Origin: Octopus sinensis
Taxonomy: Eukaryota
Length of the DNA: 64,000 bases
Direction: 5' to 3'
Assembly (NCBI RefSeq): GCF_006345805.1
Contig: NC_042998.1
Span: 2,914,001 to 2,978,000 of the forward strand
This document shows, piece after piece, positions 63,192-64,000 of this stretch. The position numbers and the translations under genes are program-made. How positions within the stretch are numbered: the first letter of the stretch is position 1; each line of letters opens with the position of its first letter. The notes beneath the pieces were generated by a model that worked only from the letters and a program-made list of their open reading frames with translations, did not search any database and was not told where the DNA came from.

Positions 63192-64000
63192 AAATGAATA
63201 TGTATATATTTACATATGCGTGTATGCACACACATGCACACACACACACACAACTGTCTAAAACATAACATCAAAACGAAACTAGGCTGACTATTCAAAA
63301 TACAATAGGAATTATGCCTCTTACAATTAAATATCTTTAATGATACACAATTAAAATGATTAAATTTGTAATGCAAGTTTTCTTCCCCCAAACTACAAGA
63401 AAGATCATGATGTACAGGTAAGCAGAAATGAATGCTTACAGGTATGTGGAAAAAAGTGACAATCCTAATAACTTGTGTCTCATTTATGTGCATGTGCACA
63501 CACACACACACACACACACACACACCAGCAAGCAGAAAGACCAGAAATGTAGGTAATCAGACAGAAAGTATATTTTAGGACAAGTAATATAAAATATAAT
63601 TATATACTTTTAGAAGATTAAAATATATACATTTTTCTTTTTTTTTTTTAAATAAAATTATTAATTATATCAAGAAACTCACATTGTAGCCACATGGTTT
63701 GGGATTTAGTCCTACTGTGTGGCACCTGGGAGTCCTACTGTGTGGCACCTGGGTACAGGGTCTTCTGCTATGGCCCCGGGCTGACAATGCCTTGTGCGTG
63801 AATTTGGTGAATGGCAACTATGTGGAAGCCTCTAAGTGTGTGTGTGTGTGTGTGCGTGTGTGTGTGCATGTGTGTGTGTGTGCGCACACGCGCGCACACA
63901 TGTATGTGCATGTTTGTCCCTTTCACACTATTTGACAACCAATGTTAGTTTGCTTATATCCCTCTTATATTAATTAGCAGTTTTGACAAAAGGGACAGAT

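Noticed and set aside
63708-63753. Exact 23-nt tandem duplication (also acactacactagcacatatatat at 553-603)
   Set aside because: Local slippage duplications inside a SINE head or microsatellite; no evidence of function.

Overview
Animal genomic DNA, AT-rich and dominated by repeats. The SINE/LINE/microsatellite landscape looks like a coleoid cephalopod, most likely Octopus (inference). The window holds the 5' coding part of one minus-strand host gene. Its four GT-AG coding exons (56349-56381, 39378-39522, 26812-27087, 5406-5589) splice in compatible phases (0/1/1/2). They give a ~212-aa N-terminus (MVFSPQESPVY-GGDELVVTV...NLLFFAAHHGL...NSKGETPREVALSQGH) resembling the DBB-like plus ankyrin N-terminus of the AKAP13/ARHGEF28 RhoGEFs. 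The gene continues beyond the left edge. The 12-21 kb introns contain a young CR1-type LINE (plus a second copy nested in a mariner), RTE, R4/Dong, Tx1-like and Gypsy relics, three mariners and a Chapaev3-like relic. They also contain a Merlin-like MITE, piggyBac-like MITEs, Helitron-like elements, at least three tRNA-SINE families and long microsatellites. The most unusual item is a ~290-bp TSD-flanked element (60660-60949) combining a tRNA-like Pol III head, a minimal type I hammerhead ribozyme and a Penelope-style inverted end. Also notable: a LINE sharing a covarying 3' stem-loop with the dominant SINE, an internally deleted bipartite RTE, SINEs with one head and three different tails, near-perfect foldbacks, and a perfect RFX X-box. 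All calls were made by eye; no searches were run.
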